A DNA stretch of 64,000 nt from Candidatus Babeliales bacterium (GTDB taxonomy: Bacteria > Babelota > Babeliae > Babelales > JANWKD01): contig CAVXJH010000006.1 in the NCBI GenBank assembly GCA_963762115.1, positions 256,001 to 320,000 of the forward strand, in the 5' to 3' direction. The position numbers and the translations under genes were made by a program. Positions 1 through 12,100 of the stretch are shown here, piece after piece (the stretch's first letter is position 1; each line of letters starts with the position of its first letter). Below the pieces are notes generated by a model. It ran no database searches. It was not told the DNA's origin and saw only the letters and a list, made by a program, of their open reading frames with translations.

Positions 1-131
1 TAATTTTTTTAGGATTTTATTAATAAGAACATTATAATCTGGATCCCCACGGCACAATGTGCCTCGGGAAGACATTTTGATTATTTTGTTATTTTGTAAA
101 TCATTAGTTCTGGCATAATTAGTAATATTTT

Positions 132-815
132 TTATCTTAATTGTGTTGTCGTGTAGTTCACATCTTTCAAATAGATTGGTAACAACTGTGTTGAGAATTC
201 TTTTTTTTGAAGATGCGCATCAAATGTCATTTTTGCCAGTTGATGCAATGAAGCTTCTTCAATGAGAGGTTCTGGCATGTATGCTTTTGATCCAAATAAA
301 GAGTGTATAGATTCATATGCCAGGTTGACGCCATTGCCTATGAATCGAATGGGGATGTTTTGATGGTCTTGTTGTAGTTTTTCAAGAAGATTATGTATAT
401 TCGCACAACCATACATAGTTTCAATATTGGGTTGTTGTAGTGCATAATATACATCATTATTACACGCATTTAATAAAGCAATTGTTGTTGGCCAACGCTC
501 ATCTTGATTTTCTTGTAACAGAGCTTCCAAGCTATTACAACCAAAGAGCGGTATTTTTGTTGCAAATGCTATACCATTCACGGTGGTGATTATGATGCGT
601 AAGCTGGTAAATGGTCCTGGACCTTGGTTGACGCCAATAAAACTTATTTCTTGAATAGCAGTTGAATTTCTTTTTAATAATGTTTGTATAGTTGGAATTA
701 GCGTTTTGCTGGCATCCTTTTTATCATGTATCTCATGATCAATACAATGTAATTCGTTAAAGAGACCAACTTCATAATTTTGATAGCGTGCTTGAACTAC
801 TAAAAAAGTCTGCAT
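132..815 (-). CDS. tsaB: tRNA threonylcarbamoyladenosine biosynthesis protein TsaB
   Basis: GVNQGPGPFTSLRI motif (GPGSFTGLR-like), NGIAFA, C-terminal LLPIYLK. Confidence 0.9.
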   Translation of the reverse strand: MQTFLVVQARYQNYEVGLFNELHCIDHEIHDKKDASKTLIPTIQTLLKRNSTAIQEISFIGVNQGPGPFTSLRIIITTVNGIAFATKIPLFGCNSLEALLQENQDERWPTTIALLNACNNDVYYALQQPNIETMYGCANIHNLLEKLQQDHQNIPIRFIGNGVNLAYESIHSLFGSKAYMPEPLIEEASLHQLAKMTFDAHLQKKEFSTQLLPIYLKDVNYTTTQLR

Positions 816-818
816 ATA

Positions 819-998
819 TTAATTTTTGTTCTTACATTTTTGTTGTTGATAAAAAATACTAAAGGCGTCGTATTCAATTGTTTTTTCTTTCTTAGCTATT
901 ACTTTACCACAATTTAAGCATTTCCAGCCATCAAAATTTAAGAAATGATCGAAAAAAGATTGCAGCACCATGAGGCCTGAACATTTTTTACACTTCAT
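819..998 (-). CDS. small zinc-ribbon protein (59 aa, below the ORF-track size cutoff)
   Basis: Manual translation MKCKKCSGLMVLQSFFDHFLNFDGWKCLNCGKVIAKKEKTIEYDAFSIFYQQQKCKNKN; two CxxC; AAGGA RBS; stop 3 nt before tsaB start. Confidence 0.75.
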   Translation of the reverse strand: MKCKKCSGLMVLQSFFDHFLNFDGWKCLNCGKVIAKKEKTIEYDAFSIFYQQQKCKNKN

Positions 999-1288
999 AC
1001 GATCCTTTCTTCTTCCTTTTTTATCAATCTAAGCAAGCAATGGTAGTCATGTCAATAGTTATATAGATGTAATTAAAAAAATATTTTTTAGAGTAAAAAT
1101 AGGACAAGAGAGACTTCTTGTGTTATGTCAACGCTGCCTTTGCAAATAAATTGGATGGAAACTATTACTTTATTTTATTTTGGTTGGAAGGCTGTTTTAT
1201 TATTTTTTATAAATAACTTCTCTTTTGTTTTATGAGTTGTTTAGTATTGGTAAAATCAAAACAATTTTATAGAGGTAAAAAGGAAATT

Positions 1289-3421
1289 ATGAAAATAAAG
1301 AAATTAATTTTTTTATATTTTGTATTCGTAGCTAAAATTATGGCTGAATCTCATGAAGCCCGTATTGATAATTATGCCCAAGAGTCTTTGATGACTTTTT
1401 TTGAATATATATTTGATCATGAGGAAGAAAAAAATACTGAATTTTTTGATTCATTAACCAGATGTTATGATCAATTAAAAAAAGGCAATCAATCATTATG
1501 CATTGGAGATTTATTGATAGCCTCGCCATTATTGATCGCCTATTGCGATGAATATATTGTAGGTGAAAGTTATAAAAGTGTTAGTTGTGATATAGGTCCA
1601 ATCATTCTCTTGCTTAATGCTTTGAAAGCACAAATAAATCAACTTGGTCAAGATCAATTTAATTGTTGTCAACTCTTGCAATCTGATTTTCAAGAAACTT
1701 TCAGCATCTTATTTGAAGTGACTCAAAGTTTTTCTACTTTTGATGCAACCGTTGCTCTTCTGGTTGATACAATTGCAACATTAACAAATAGTATTACATC
1801 ATTTACCGGTATTCCATTGAGTATTGCAGTGTTACAAGATACTGTTGAAATGTGTTGTGATACTATTAATAGTGAATTTCAACAAACATGGACTATCCTT
1901 GGTAATACATTAAATGTGGTGAATAACTGTTGTAATTCAATTTCAAATGATTTTAATGGAACATGGACTTTTTTAAATGCAGAATTTAATCAAGTGTTTA
2001 ACATGCTTTCAACAGTAACTCTAGAAGAACTTTGTCAACCAACAGCAATCATAGCGCCCACTACTATTATATTGCCAGGTTCTTATTGTCTCGCAACTAA
2101 TATTACCGGTACCATTATTATAAATGCAAATGATGTCGTTCTTGATCTTAATAATCATACAATATTTAACGGCCAGATTATTATAAGTGGTAAAAATAAT
2201 AGTATTGTTTGCAATGGTATTTTAGATAATGCCACAACGGGTTCTTGTGCAATTTCAATAACGAACTGTTCAAATGTTATTCTTGATGCTCTCATGGTTA
2301 TAAATCCCAATGATGGTATTCAATGTGGCCAATCAACAAATATTGTTATAAAAAATTGTATTATTAGTGGTGCTCAGAAAAATGGTCTTACTATCATTAA
2401 TACTTCAACGGCATTACGCATTGAAGATTTTGAAATTATTAATACTACTTCAAATGCCATTTATATTAATGCTAATGTTCAAGATTTAACGTTACAAAAT
2501 GGGCATATAAAATTTAGTAATGGTATTCGTGCAGAAACAGGATTTTCTGCAAACAATATAAAATGCATTGATATTTTTGTAGAAGGTACCCCTATTACAC
2601 TTTTTCCTATGAATTTTTTGGGAACTTCAAGTAATTTCTTTTTTTATAATGTTCAAATAGCTGATGCCGGCCAAGGTATGCAATTTAATAATATTTCTCA
2701 AAGTTTATTTCAGAATTGTGTGGTAAAAAATATTTCAACGCCCGCATCATCTGCTGGCAGTGCATTCCGTATTGATAATGGTGTAAATAATAAATTTGAT
2801 AATTGTGTTGTGTTGTCTATGACAACAACTGGAAGCACAACTCTTGATGCTTTTAAAATGACCAATGTTAATAATCTGATTTTCAAGGAATGTTCAGTTG
2901 AAGGTATAAATGGGGTTAACGGTGTTGTAAATGGTTTTAGTAGTAATAATTCACAACGAATAACAATGCAAGATTGTGTTGTGCACAATATAACAACGAG
3001 CACACAAGCAGACGGATTTCATCTGCAGGCAACAAGTAATGTTATCATGACTGATTGTGTTGCTAATGGGTGCAGTTCAAATGGTTATTTTTCTAGTGGA
3101 GGTGCAAATATAACGGTATCAAACTGTATAGCTAATAATTGCTTGGCAGATGGATTTCATTCAGCATCTACAACAAATGTTCTCTATGAATATTGTTATA
3201 GCAACAATAATACCGGAGTTGGTTTTAATGTTGCGAATGCAATTTGTGGTAATTGTGAAAGTAGTAGAAATGTTGGTTTTGGATTTAATGGTAATTCAAG
3301 TTCGATCGCTTATAATTGTTTTGCTGGGTTAAATATTACCGGTGCCTATACGGCGATGACAGATTCTGTGCAAGCATTAGATGCTGGTTCTCCAAAGGTT
3401 GGTTATAGTATTTCGGCGTAA
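1289..3421 (+). CDS. exported right-handed parallel beta-helix protein with short CC-containing coiled-coil stalk
   Basis: Signal-like MKIKKLIFLYFVFVAK after AAGGA (track start 1232); CC..EFQQTWTIL repeats; I..PGSYCLATNI..IIINANDVVLDLNNHTI head and Asn/Cys-rich beta-helix rungs. Confidence 0.8.
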   Translation: MKIKKLIFLYFVFVAKIMAESHEARIDNYAQESLMTFFEYIFDHEEEKNTEFFDSLTRCYDQLKKGNQSLCIGDLLIASPLLIAYCDEYIVGESYKSVSCDIGPIILLLNALKAQINQLGQDQFNCCQLLQSDFQETFSILFEVTQSFSTFDATVALLVDTIATLTNSITSFTGIPLSIAVLQDTVEMCCDTINSEFQQTWTILGNTLNVVNNCCNSISNDFNGTWTFLNAEFNQVFNMLSTVTLEELCQPTAIIAPTTIILPGSYCLATNITGTIIINANDVVLDLNNHTIFNGQIIISGKNNSIVCNGILDNATTGSCAISITNCSNVILDALMVINPNDGIQCGQSTNIVIKNCIISGAQKNGLTIINTSTALRIEDFEIINTTSNAIYINANVQDLTLQNGHIKFSNGIRAETGFSANNIKCIDIFVEGTPITLFPMNFLGTSSNFFFYNVQIADAGQGMQFNNISQSLFQNCVVKNISTPASSAGSAFRIDNGVNNKFDNCVVLSMTTTGSTTLDAFKMTNVNNLIFKECSVEGINGVNGVVNGFSSNNSQRITMQDCVVHNITTSTQADGFHLQATSNVIMTDCVANGCSSNGYFSSGGANITVSNCIANNCLADGFHSASTTNVLYEYCYSNNNTGVGFNVANAICGNCESSRNVGFGFNGNSSSIAYNCFAGLNITGAYTAMTDSVQALDAGSPKVGYSISA

Positions 3422-3427
3422 TTAAGT

Positions 3428-3474
3428 TTAAAGGCAACAAAAAAATTATAAAATAACTTTTTTGTTGCCTTTAA
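3428..3474. terminator. bidirectional intrinsic terminator
   Basis: ttaaaggcaacaaaaaa / ttttttgttgcctttaa inverted repeat between convergent genes. Confidence 0.75.
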
Positions 3475-3484
3475 GGGTTAAAAA

Positions 3485-4762
3485 TTAATTAGCAACTATT
3501 GCAACATTAAAATATTGGCTCGTGTTTGTTAATGTTGAAAAATTATTATTGGAAGCAAAGTTAACAGGAAACTCTCCTTGAGTGAATGATACAGAATATC
3601 CTGTTGTGGTATTATTATATGATAAGTTATTAGTCATAAGATTATTGGTATTAAGTGTGGTATCAACTAATCCATATCCTTGTGAGCCGAGATTACTTGT
3701 AAAGGTGTTATTGCTAATAAGAAATCCTTGTGCTCCATCAAGAAGAACTCCATAAGCAATTCCATTGGTAAAGTTTGCAATGTTTGCTGCGCAAATATTA
3801 TTGGTAATGCCAAAATTTGAATTAGTATCTGCAAAATAAAATCCTGCAGCTAAGATGCCACCCATATTATTGGCAGTCATGCAATATTCAAAAATATTAT
3901 TGAAATTATTATGAGAATTAAATCCAATGCCACTGCCAATAGCATTTGAATTATCAAGTGCTTTGCATGATGAAAATAATGATGCTGAACATGAATTTAT
4001 TAAAAAACCACATGATGTTGCTGTTATAATCATTGAATTTGCGTTATTACCATTTGCATTACAGGCTATGAATGAACAACCGTTCGAATTCATGGCTGAT
4101 ATACCTACTCCTACTATGTTGCCCCCATTGTCATATGATTTGCAGTTATTGAATTCACAACTAGAGCATGATTCAATATATATGCCATAACCAGCATCGG
4201 CTGAATAGGTTTTATTATTACTAAAAGTGCAATTTGCTATAGTGGTATTATAGGTTGCTATCATGCGCAGTCCATATGCATTATTCATGTTAATGCCCGT
4301 ACAAGAACTGACAAGGCAATTTATAATGGATACATCATTAATTCCTGATCCGATAGGATTGCCATCTAACAATATTCCAGCTTGATTACAATTCATTATT
4401 GATAAATTTTCTAAATAAATTTGTGAACATCCGTCACTGACATAAACACCTATTCCAGTAAGATTTGTTATGGTACCAGTTCTCACCGTAACGTTAGTTA
4501 AATTAGGAGCAATAAAAACCCCATTTAATCCCGGCATAAAATTTGTTGAATTTTGGGTAAGGATAAACTCATTGATATCAAAAATAACGTTACTTGCTGT
4601 AATAGTAACAATGGTATCATTTGGGGCTTGAGGATCAGCAATAATAGACCCTCCTAAAGGGAATACTCCAGAAGAATCAATAAGGGTAACAGTGGCATTG
4701 TTTAAAAAAAATAAACTAAGCATTGCTATAAAAAATAAAAAATGTTTTTTTTGAATGTTCAT
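3485..4762 (-). CDS. exported right-handed parallel beta-helix protein
   Basis: Signal peptide; ITASNVIFDINEF..NVTVRTGTI; Asn-ladder repeats; paralog of 4845..6098. Confidence 0.8.
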   Translation of the reverse strand: MNIQKKHFLFFIAMLSLFFLNNATVTLIDSSGVFPLGGSIIADPQAPNDTIVTITASNVIFDINEFILTQNSTNFMPGLNGVFIAPNLTNVTVRTGTITNLTGIGVYVSDGCSQIYLENLSIMNCNQAGILLDGNPIGSGINDVSIINCLVSSCTGINMNNAYGLRMIATYNTTIANCTFSNNKTYSADAGYGIYIESCSSCEFNNCKSYDNGGNIVGVGISAMNSNGCSFIACNANGNNANSMIITATSCGFLINSCSASLFSSCKALDNSNAIGSGIGFNSHNNFNNIFEYCMTANNMGGILAAGFYFADTNSNFGITNNICAANIANFTNGIAYGVLLDGAQGFLISNNTFTSNLGSQGYGLVDTTLNTNNLMTNNLSYNNTTTGYSVSFTQGEFPVNFASNNNFSTLTNTSQYFNVAIVAN

Positions 4763-4777
4763 ATTTTTTCCTTCTTT

Positions 4778-4815
4778 AAAAAAAGAATCGCAACAATGGT
4801 GCGATTCTTTTTTTT
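4778..4815 (-). terminator. intrinsic terminator hairpin
   Basis: aaaaaaagaatcgca-acaatgg-tgcgattcttttttt. Confidence 0.7.
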
Positions 4816-4844
4816 GATAGTGATCATCTAAGAAAATATAGTTG

Positions 4845-6098
4845 TTATGATGTAAAATTTATGTTTGTATATTGATTTACTGTTGTTGGAAAGTCATAAA
4901 CAAAAGAAGTAACAACAGGAAATGTGCCGGTAACACGGGTAACTTGATAACCAGTTGTTGTGTTGCTAAATGAAATAGTGCCGGCAATCAAATTGGTGGT
5001 ATCAATTACTGTATCAGTCAATCCTACACCTACTAATCCAGTATTATTCGATATATTATTGTATAAAATATCGCAATTTTGTGCTGTATCAAGTAAAATA
5101 CCATACCCAGTTCCCGATGCACCACCATTATTGACACTGCTTTGGCATTTTATTAATGATGAAGAAGATTCATTATTATTTAATAAGAATCCTGCTGCAA
5201 TTGTGCCACCAATATTTTGATTTGACTCACAGATATTAAATATATTGTCGAATCCGTTGGTTGCTTGAAAGCCATATCCTTGTGCAAGAACATTATTATT
5301 ATGTTTGCTGATACAGTTATTAATTGTTGTGTGGCTGCTTGTATCAATTAAAAATCCTATTGCACGGGCAGTGCTACTTGATCTGCTGATATTATTAAGA
5401 GCAATACAATTTTCAATAATAGACCATTGTGAATTATAAATATTTATACCGACGCCTAAAGTGTTACCGCCATTGGCATTTATTTCACAATTGGTAAATC
5501 GACAAGTTGTGCACCATTCAGTACTTATACCATAGCCACTATTAGCTGTTCCTGCATCATTTCTATCAAAAGTACTATTTTGAATATCAAAATTATCACA
5601 ATAAATTAGTCGTAATCCATAAGCGGGATCACCATTTGCGCCTGTGCATGAATAAATTAAGCAATTATTTATTGAACCATCCTGAATAATGCTTGCTATG
5701 TTGCCATTAAAAAGGATTCCTGTTGCATTACAACCGATGACATTTATATTTTCAAGAGTAATATTGGTGCATCCCGCTCCTACGATAATTCCTAGGCCTG
5801 TCATTCCTTGAATTGTACCATTTCTAATAGTGATATTCGATAATCCAGGACTTACAGTAATGCCGGTAAAACCGGGAATTGGATCACTTGGGTCTTGTAA
5901 AATATTAAAGCCTCCAAAATCAAGAATTACATCACCTGATTGTATACAATATCCTGAATCATCTGGATCAGTTGGATCAAAAAGAACATCGCCACCAGGT
6001 GAGATCATTCCTGGAGAGTTAATAATAGTGCAAATTGATGTAGTGTTTATATAGTTCATTATTAGTAATAATGGTATAAGTAATATAGTTTTTTTCAT
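4845..6098 (-). CDS. exported right-handed parallel beta-helix protein
   Basis: Start MKKTILL after AAGGAG (track start 6167); DVILDFGGF..NITIRNGTI; beta-helix repeats. Confidence 0.8.
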   Translation of the reverse strand: MKKTILLIPLLLIMNYINTTSICTIINSPGMISPGGDVLFDPTDPDDSGYCIQSGDVILDFGGFNILQDPSDPIPGFTGITVSPGLSNITIRNGTIQGMTGLGIIVGAGCTNITLENINVIGCNATGILFNGNIASIIQDGSINNCLIYSCTGANGDPAYGLRLIYCDNFDIQNSTFDRNDAGTANSGYGISTEWCTTCRFTNCEINANGGNTLGVGINIYNSQWSIIENCIALNNISRSSSTARAIGFLIDTSSHTTINNCISKHNNNVLAQGYGFQATNGFDNIFNICESNQNIGGTIAAGFLLNNNESSSSLIKCQSSVNNGGASGTGYGILLDTAQNCDILYNNISNNTGLVGVGLTDTVIDTTNLIAGTISFSNTTTGYQVTRVTGTFPVVTSFVYDFPTTVNQYTNINFTS

Positions 6099-6139
6099 TA
6101 TTCTCCTTAAAATTAAGATGATCACTATCATTTTTATTT

Positions 6140-9100
6140 TTAACTTCCTGCTGCTATATTGGTCCATGCTCCTGTTACAGCAGCTATATTTGAACTTGCC
6201 GGCGCTGTTGGCGTTGTAACAGAGCCTCCTGGTACGCCGGACATTTGATTTGCCGGTGTTGATCCATTACTCCAAGCAATATTTTTAGTAAATAAATTAT
6301 TCGATCCCGTGTTAACAAGAACACCAAAGGAGTTAGCAGCGCTTACTCCTATGTTATTGCTAAAGTTACATTCTTTAATTTCACAACGGAACCCACCACC
6401 AGGAGATACAAGGTTTAATCCGGCTGCAAGGCCACCTGCTCCAGTTGCGCTGTTATTTGCCGATACGCATCGCAATATTAAACAGGTACTGGTACCATTA
6501 AGAGCAAACCCTAAACAGGTAGTTGGGCCGGAATTAGCACTTGAAATACAATCGATAAACATATTATTGAAGTTGGTAGAGGTTGTTCCGGAAACATTAA
6601 ATCCATTACATATTCCACTTGTTACTCCGCCGGCATTCCAACTAACAATGCATCCCATAAACATATTATTGGTTGATGCTCCCTGAATTAAAAATCCGTT
6701 TAACGTTGCGGCATTAGGAGCATTATTTTGTAGAACTTTACAACTATTGAACATATTATTTGTGCAAGCATTTATATTGATACCACTTAAAACTGTCCCT
6801 GATGTATTGGTGCCTGAATTTCCCTCTATAATGCAATTGGAGAACATATTAAGGCTGGACGTTGTAATAAGTTGTATGCCATTGAGTGTTAAACCAATAT
6901 TATCGTATATGTTTATATCTCTAAATGTACATTCTGTGGAGCTATTTAAGTTGAGTACTGAAATTGCGTTGGTGTTGACGCCATTATTTTTAATATTGCA
7001 ACTATAGACACTACAATCGTGGCATTGAAGCAGATATACGGGGAAGTCGGCATTAACTCCTTGAGAGCAATATAATATATTACAGTTAGCGATTTCGGAA
7101 TTTAGTATTTGCCCAGCTCCTGCAGTACCGAGTAATTCTATTGCTCGCGTTGCACAAAATAAAATATCAATATTTTGAATGCTAATTCTATTACAGCCAA
7201 ATTGTATTGATACGCCTGCTCTTGTGAAGCTTTCAATCATACCATTTTTTATGGTTATATCGGTTAGCCCATTGTTAACACCTATTCCATTAACATTTGC
7301 TGTTGTATTTCCTTGGCTGATGGTGAAACATTGTAAGTCTAAAACAACGCCGGTTGTGGTAATAAGAATTGCTGTGCTGGTTGCAAGTGGACTAAAGACA
7401 ATATTGCTACCAAGTTTGTAGACGCCAGATGTTGAAATAACATAGGTAGTTCCTCCCGCTGCACCAAAATTAGCTTGTGTAATCATAGTTGGATTACATA
7501 AATTTTGCGTTATTACATTTAACACGCTGAAGGTTCCATTGAACCCAGCTGCTTCAATAGTCCACGTTTGTTGAAATTCATTATTAATGTTATTGCAGCA
7601 TGCATTAAGTGCTGAGAAGGTACCCTGATTGTTTATGCTAAGTGCGTTTAGCGCGGAGAAAGTGCCGTTAAAGCCTGCACCTAATATTGTCCATGTTTGA
7701 TTGAAATCAGTTGAGAGTGTTGCTTTTAGATCAGTAATCACACTATAAGAGAATGCATTTGTAGTGAGTGAACTGAAAGTTCCATTAAAACCTGCACCTA
7801 ATATTGTCCAGGTCTGAGCGAAATCATTCGTCATAGTATTTTTTAGATCGCTGATCACACTATATGAAAATGCATTTGCAGTTAATGAGCTGAAGGTGCC
7901 ATTGAAACCGGCAGCTAAGATTGACCATGTTTGTTGGAACTCAGAATTAATATTTGTGCAGCAGGCGTTTAATGCACTGAATGTTCCATTAAATCCTGCT
8001 CCTAAGATAGTCCACGTCTGAGCAAAATCATTCGTCATAGTATTTTTTAAATCACTGATCACACTGTAAGAAAAGTTACTTGCTGTGAGTAAACTAAATG
8101 TGCCGTTGAAACCAGCAGCTAGAATTGACCATGTTTGTTGGAACTCACTATTAATGTTTATGCAGCAGGCATTCAATGCTGAGAATGTTCCATTAAATCC
8201 TGCTCCTAAGATAGTCCACGTCTGAGCGAAATCATTAGTAATTGTATTTTTTAGATCAGCAATTGCTGAGAAAGTTCCATTTGCTTCGGTATTAATATTG
8301 TTAATTGCAGAGAAAGTACCATTAAATCCAGCACCAAGAATTGACCAGGTTTGCTGAAACTCAGAATTAATATTGGTGCAGCAGACATTCAATGCTGAGA
8401 ATGTTCCATTAAATCCTGCTCCTAAGATTGTCCATGTCTGAGCGAAATCATTGGTCATTGTATTTTTTAGATCACTGATCACACTGTAAGAGAAATTATT
8501 TGAAGTTATTGAACTAAACGTGCCATTAAATCCTGCACCTAAGATTGACCATGTTTGTTGGAATTCAGAATTTATGTTTGTGCAACATGCATTGAGTGCA
8601 CTAAAGGTGCCATTGAATCCTGCACCTAAGATTGTCCACGTCTGAGCAAAATCATTCGTTATAGTATTTTTTAGATCGCTGATCACGCTATAAGAGAAGT
8701 TACTTGCTGTAAGTAAACTAAATGTTCCATTGAAACCAGCGCCTAGAATTGTCCACGTTTGTTGGAATTCAGAATTGATGTTGGTGCAACATGCATCAAG
8801 TGCACTGAAGGTGCCGTTGAATCCTGCTCCTAAGATTGTCCAGGTCTGAGCAAAATCATTCGTTATCGTATTTTTCAGATCAGCAATAACGCTATAAGAG
8901 AAATTATTTGAAGTTATTGAACTAAACGTGCCATTAAATCCTGCACCTAAGATTGACCATGTTTGTTGGAATTCAGAATTGATGTTAGTGCAACATACAT
9001 CAAGTGCACTGAAAGTTCCATTAAATCCTGCAGCAACTGCTGAGAAAGTACCTGATAAATCAGCATCTAATTCTGCAATTGCACTGAATGTGCCATTGAA

Positions 9101-12100
9101 TCCTGCACCCAAGATTGTCCACGTCTGAGCAAAATCATTAGTCATTGTGTTCTTAAGATCTGCAATAACACTGTAAGAAAAGTTGTTCGCAGTAATTGAG
9201 CTAAACGTTCCATTGAAGCCAGCACCTAAAATTGACCATGTTTGTTGGAATTCAGAATTGATGTTGGTGCAACATTCATCAAGTGCACTAAAGGTGCCAT
9301 TGAATCCTGCACCTAAGATTGTCCATGTCTGAGCAAAATCATTAGTCATAGTATTTTTTAAATCAGCAATTGCTGAGAAAGTTCCATTTGCTTCAGTATT
9401 AATGTTGTTAATTGCGCTGAAAGTGCCGTTGAAACCAGCACCCAAGATTGACCATGTTTGTTGGAATTCAGAATTGATGTTAGTGCAGCATGCATTGAGT
9501 GCACTGAAAGTTCCATTGAACCCAGCAGCAACTGCCGAGAAAGTACCCGATAAATCAGCATCTAATTTTGCAATTGCACTGAAAGTTCCATTGAATCCTG
9601 CACCAAGAATTGACCATGTTTGTTGGAATTCAGAATTGATGTTGGTGCAACATGCATCAAGTGCACTGAATGTGCCATTGAATCCTGCTCCTAAGATTGT
9701 CCAGGTCTGAGCAAAATCATTAGTTATAGTATTTTTAAGATCGCTGATCACGCTATAAGAGAAGTTACTTGCTGTAAGTGAACTAAATGTTCCATTAAAT
9801 CCTGCGCCTAAGATTGTCCAGGTCTGAGCAAAATCATTGGTGATTGTGTTTTTAAGATCACTGATCACACTATATGAGAAATTATTTGAAGTGATTGAGC
9901 TGAAAGTTCCATTGAATCCTGCAGCTAAGATCGACCATGTTTGTTGAAACTCAGAATTGATGTTGGTGCAACATGCATTGAGTGCACTAAAGGTGCCATT
10001 GAATCCTGCACCCAATATTGTCCACGTCTGAGCAAAGTCATCAGTCATAGTATTTTTTAAATCAGCAATTGCTGAGAAAGTTCCATTTGCTTCAGTGTTA
10101 ATGTTGTTAATTGCGCTGAATGTTCCATTGAATCCTGCACCAAGAATTGACCATGTTTGTTGGAATTCAGAATTGATGTTGGTGCAACATGCATCAAGTG
10201 CACTGAATGTGCCATTGAATCCTGCTCCTAAGATTGTCCAGGTCTGAGCAAAATCATTAGTTATAGTATTTTTAAGATCGCTGATCACGCTATAAGAGAA
10301 GTTACTTGCTGTAAGTGAACTAAATGTTCCATTAAATCCTGCGCCTAAGATTGTCCAGGTCTGAGCAAAATCATTGGTGATTGTGTTTTTAAGATCACTG
10401 ATCACACTATATGAGAAATTATTTGAAGTGATTGAGCTGAAAGTTCCATTGAATCCTGCAGCTAAGATCGACCATGTTTGTTGAAACTCAGAATTGATGT
10501 TGGTGCAACATGCATTGAGTGCACTAAAGGTGCCATTGAATCCTGCACCCAATATTGTCCACGTCTGAGCAAAGTCATCAGTCATAGTATTTTTTAAATC
10601 AGCAATTGCTGAGAAAGTTCCATTTGCTTCAGTGTTAATGTTGTTAATTGCGCTGAATGTTCCATTGAATCCTGCACCAAGAATTGACCATGTTTGTTGG
10701 AATTCAGAATTGATGTTGGTGCAACATGCATCAAGTGCACTGAATGTGCCATTGAATCCTGCGTCTAAGATTGTCCATGTTTGAGCGAAATCATTGGTGA
10801 TTATGTTTTTCAGATCAGCAATGACGCTATAAGAAAAATTGCTTGCAGTTAATGAGCTGAATGTGCCATTGAAGCCTGCACCTAAGATTGACCACGTTTG
10901 TTGGAATTCAGAATTGATATTGGTGCAACATGCATTGAGTGCACTGAAAGTGCCATTGAATCCTGCACCCAAGATTGTCCATGTTTGAGCAAAGTCATCA
11001 GTGATTGTTGTTTTGAGATCGGCAAGAACGCTGAATGTTCCTGCGGCATCAGTGTTAATTTCTTCAATTACTGAGAACGTTCCATTAAAACCAGCAGCTA
11101 AGATTGACCACGTTTGTTGGAATTCAGAATTGATGTTGTTGCAACATGCATTGAGTGCACTGAAGGTGCCGTTGAATCCTGCAGCAACTGCGGAGAATGT
11201 ACCCGATAAATCAGCATCTAATTCTGCAATTGCACTAAAGGTGCCATTAAATCCTGCACCTAATATTGTCCAGGTCTGATTGAAGTCAGTTGAGATTGTT
11301 GCTTTGAGATCAGTGATAACACTGTAAGAAAAATTATTAGAGGTGATTGCGGCAATGCTTGAAAATGTTCCATTAAAACCAGCGCCTAGAATTGACCAGG
11401 TTTGTTGGAATTCAGAATTGATATTAGTGCAACAGGCATTAAGGGCGGTAAAAACTGGTGATAAATCAATTGATGCAGTTACTGTTCCAATATTAGCAAG
11501 AATGGTCCATGTTTGTTGAAAATCAGAAATTAGTTCTGTGCAACAATTTAATTGTTGTTGGCAACATTGATTAATTTGAGCCTGTAGTTGATGAATTAAT
11601 GCAACAATTTGACCTAGATCGCAGGTTGGTGCTCCGGCTAAATTGTCATGAAGATTTGCTGTTGGGCGAGGTGCTTTGAGTTGTATGTTTAATTCTTTGA
11701 TTAATTCTGGCAACGCCTCCATGAGGTCGATTAGAGGTAGCGAATAGCATTTTTCATCAATGATGCATTGCTCATAACAATTAAGAAGCCCTTGTGAAAG
11801 GTTTCCTTCTGACTCTTGTTCTAATGATTTTTGAATAATGGCATTAATAAAGATTTTGAAAGAGTCATCGATATTAATTTCTTTTGAAATAATATTATTT
11901 TCTACGTTGGTTGTTGGTTGTTGGTTGTTGGTTGTTGGTTGTTGGTTGTTGGTTGTTGGTTGTTGGTTGTTGGTTGTTGGTTGTTGGTTGTTGGTTGTTG
12001 GTTGTTGGTTGTTGGTTGTTGGTTGTTGGTTGTTGGTTGTTGGTTGTTGGTTGTTGGTTGTTGGTTGTTGGTTGGAAAATATATTTGAAAATGGCAATAA

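Noticed and set aside
7540..11525. CRISPR array or DGR template/variable repeats
   Set aside because: Repeats are in-frame coding units with synonymous variation; no unique spacers, cas genes or reverse transcriptase in the window.
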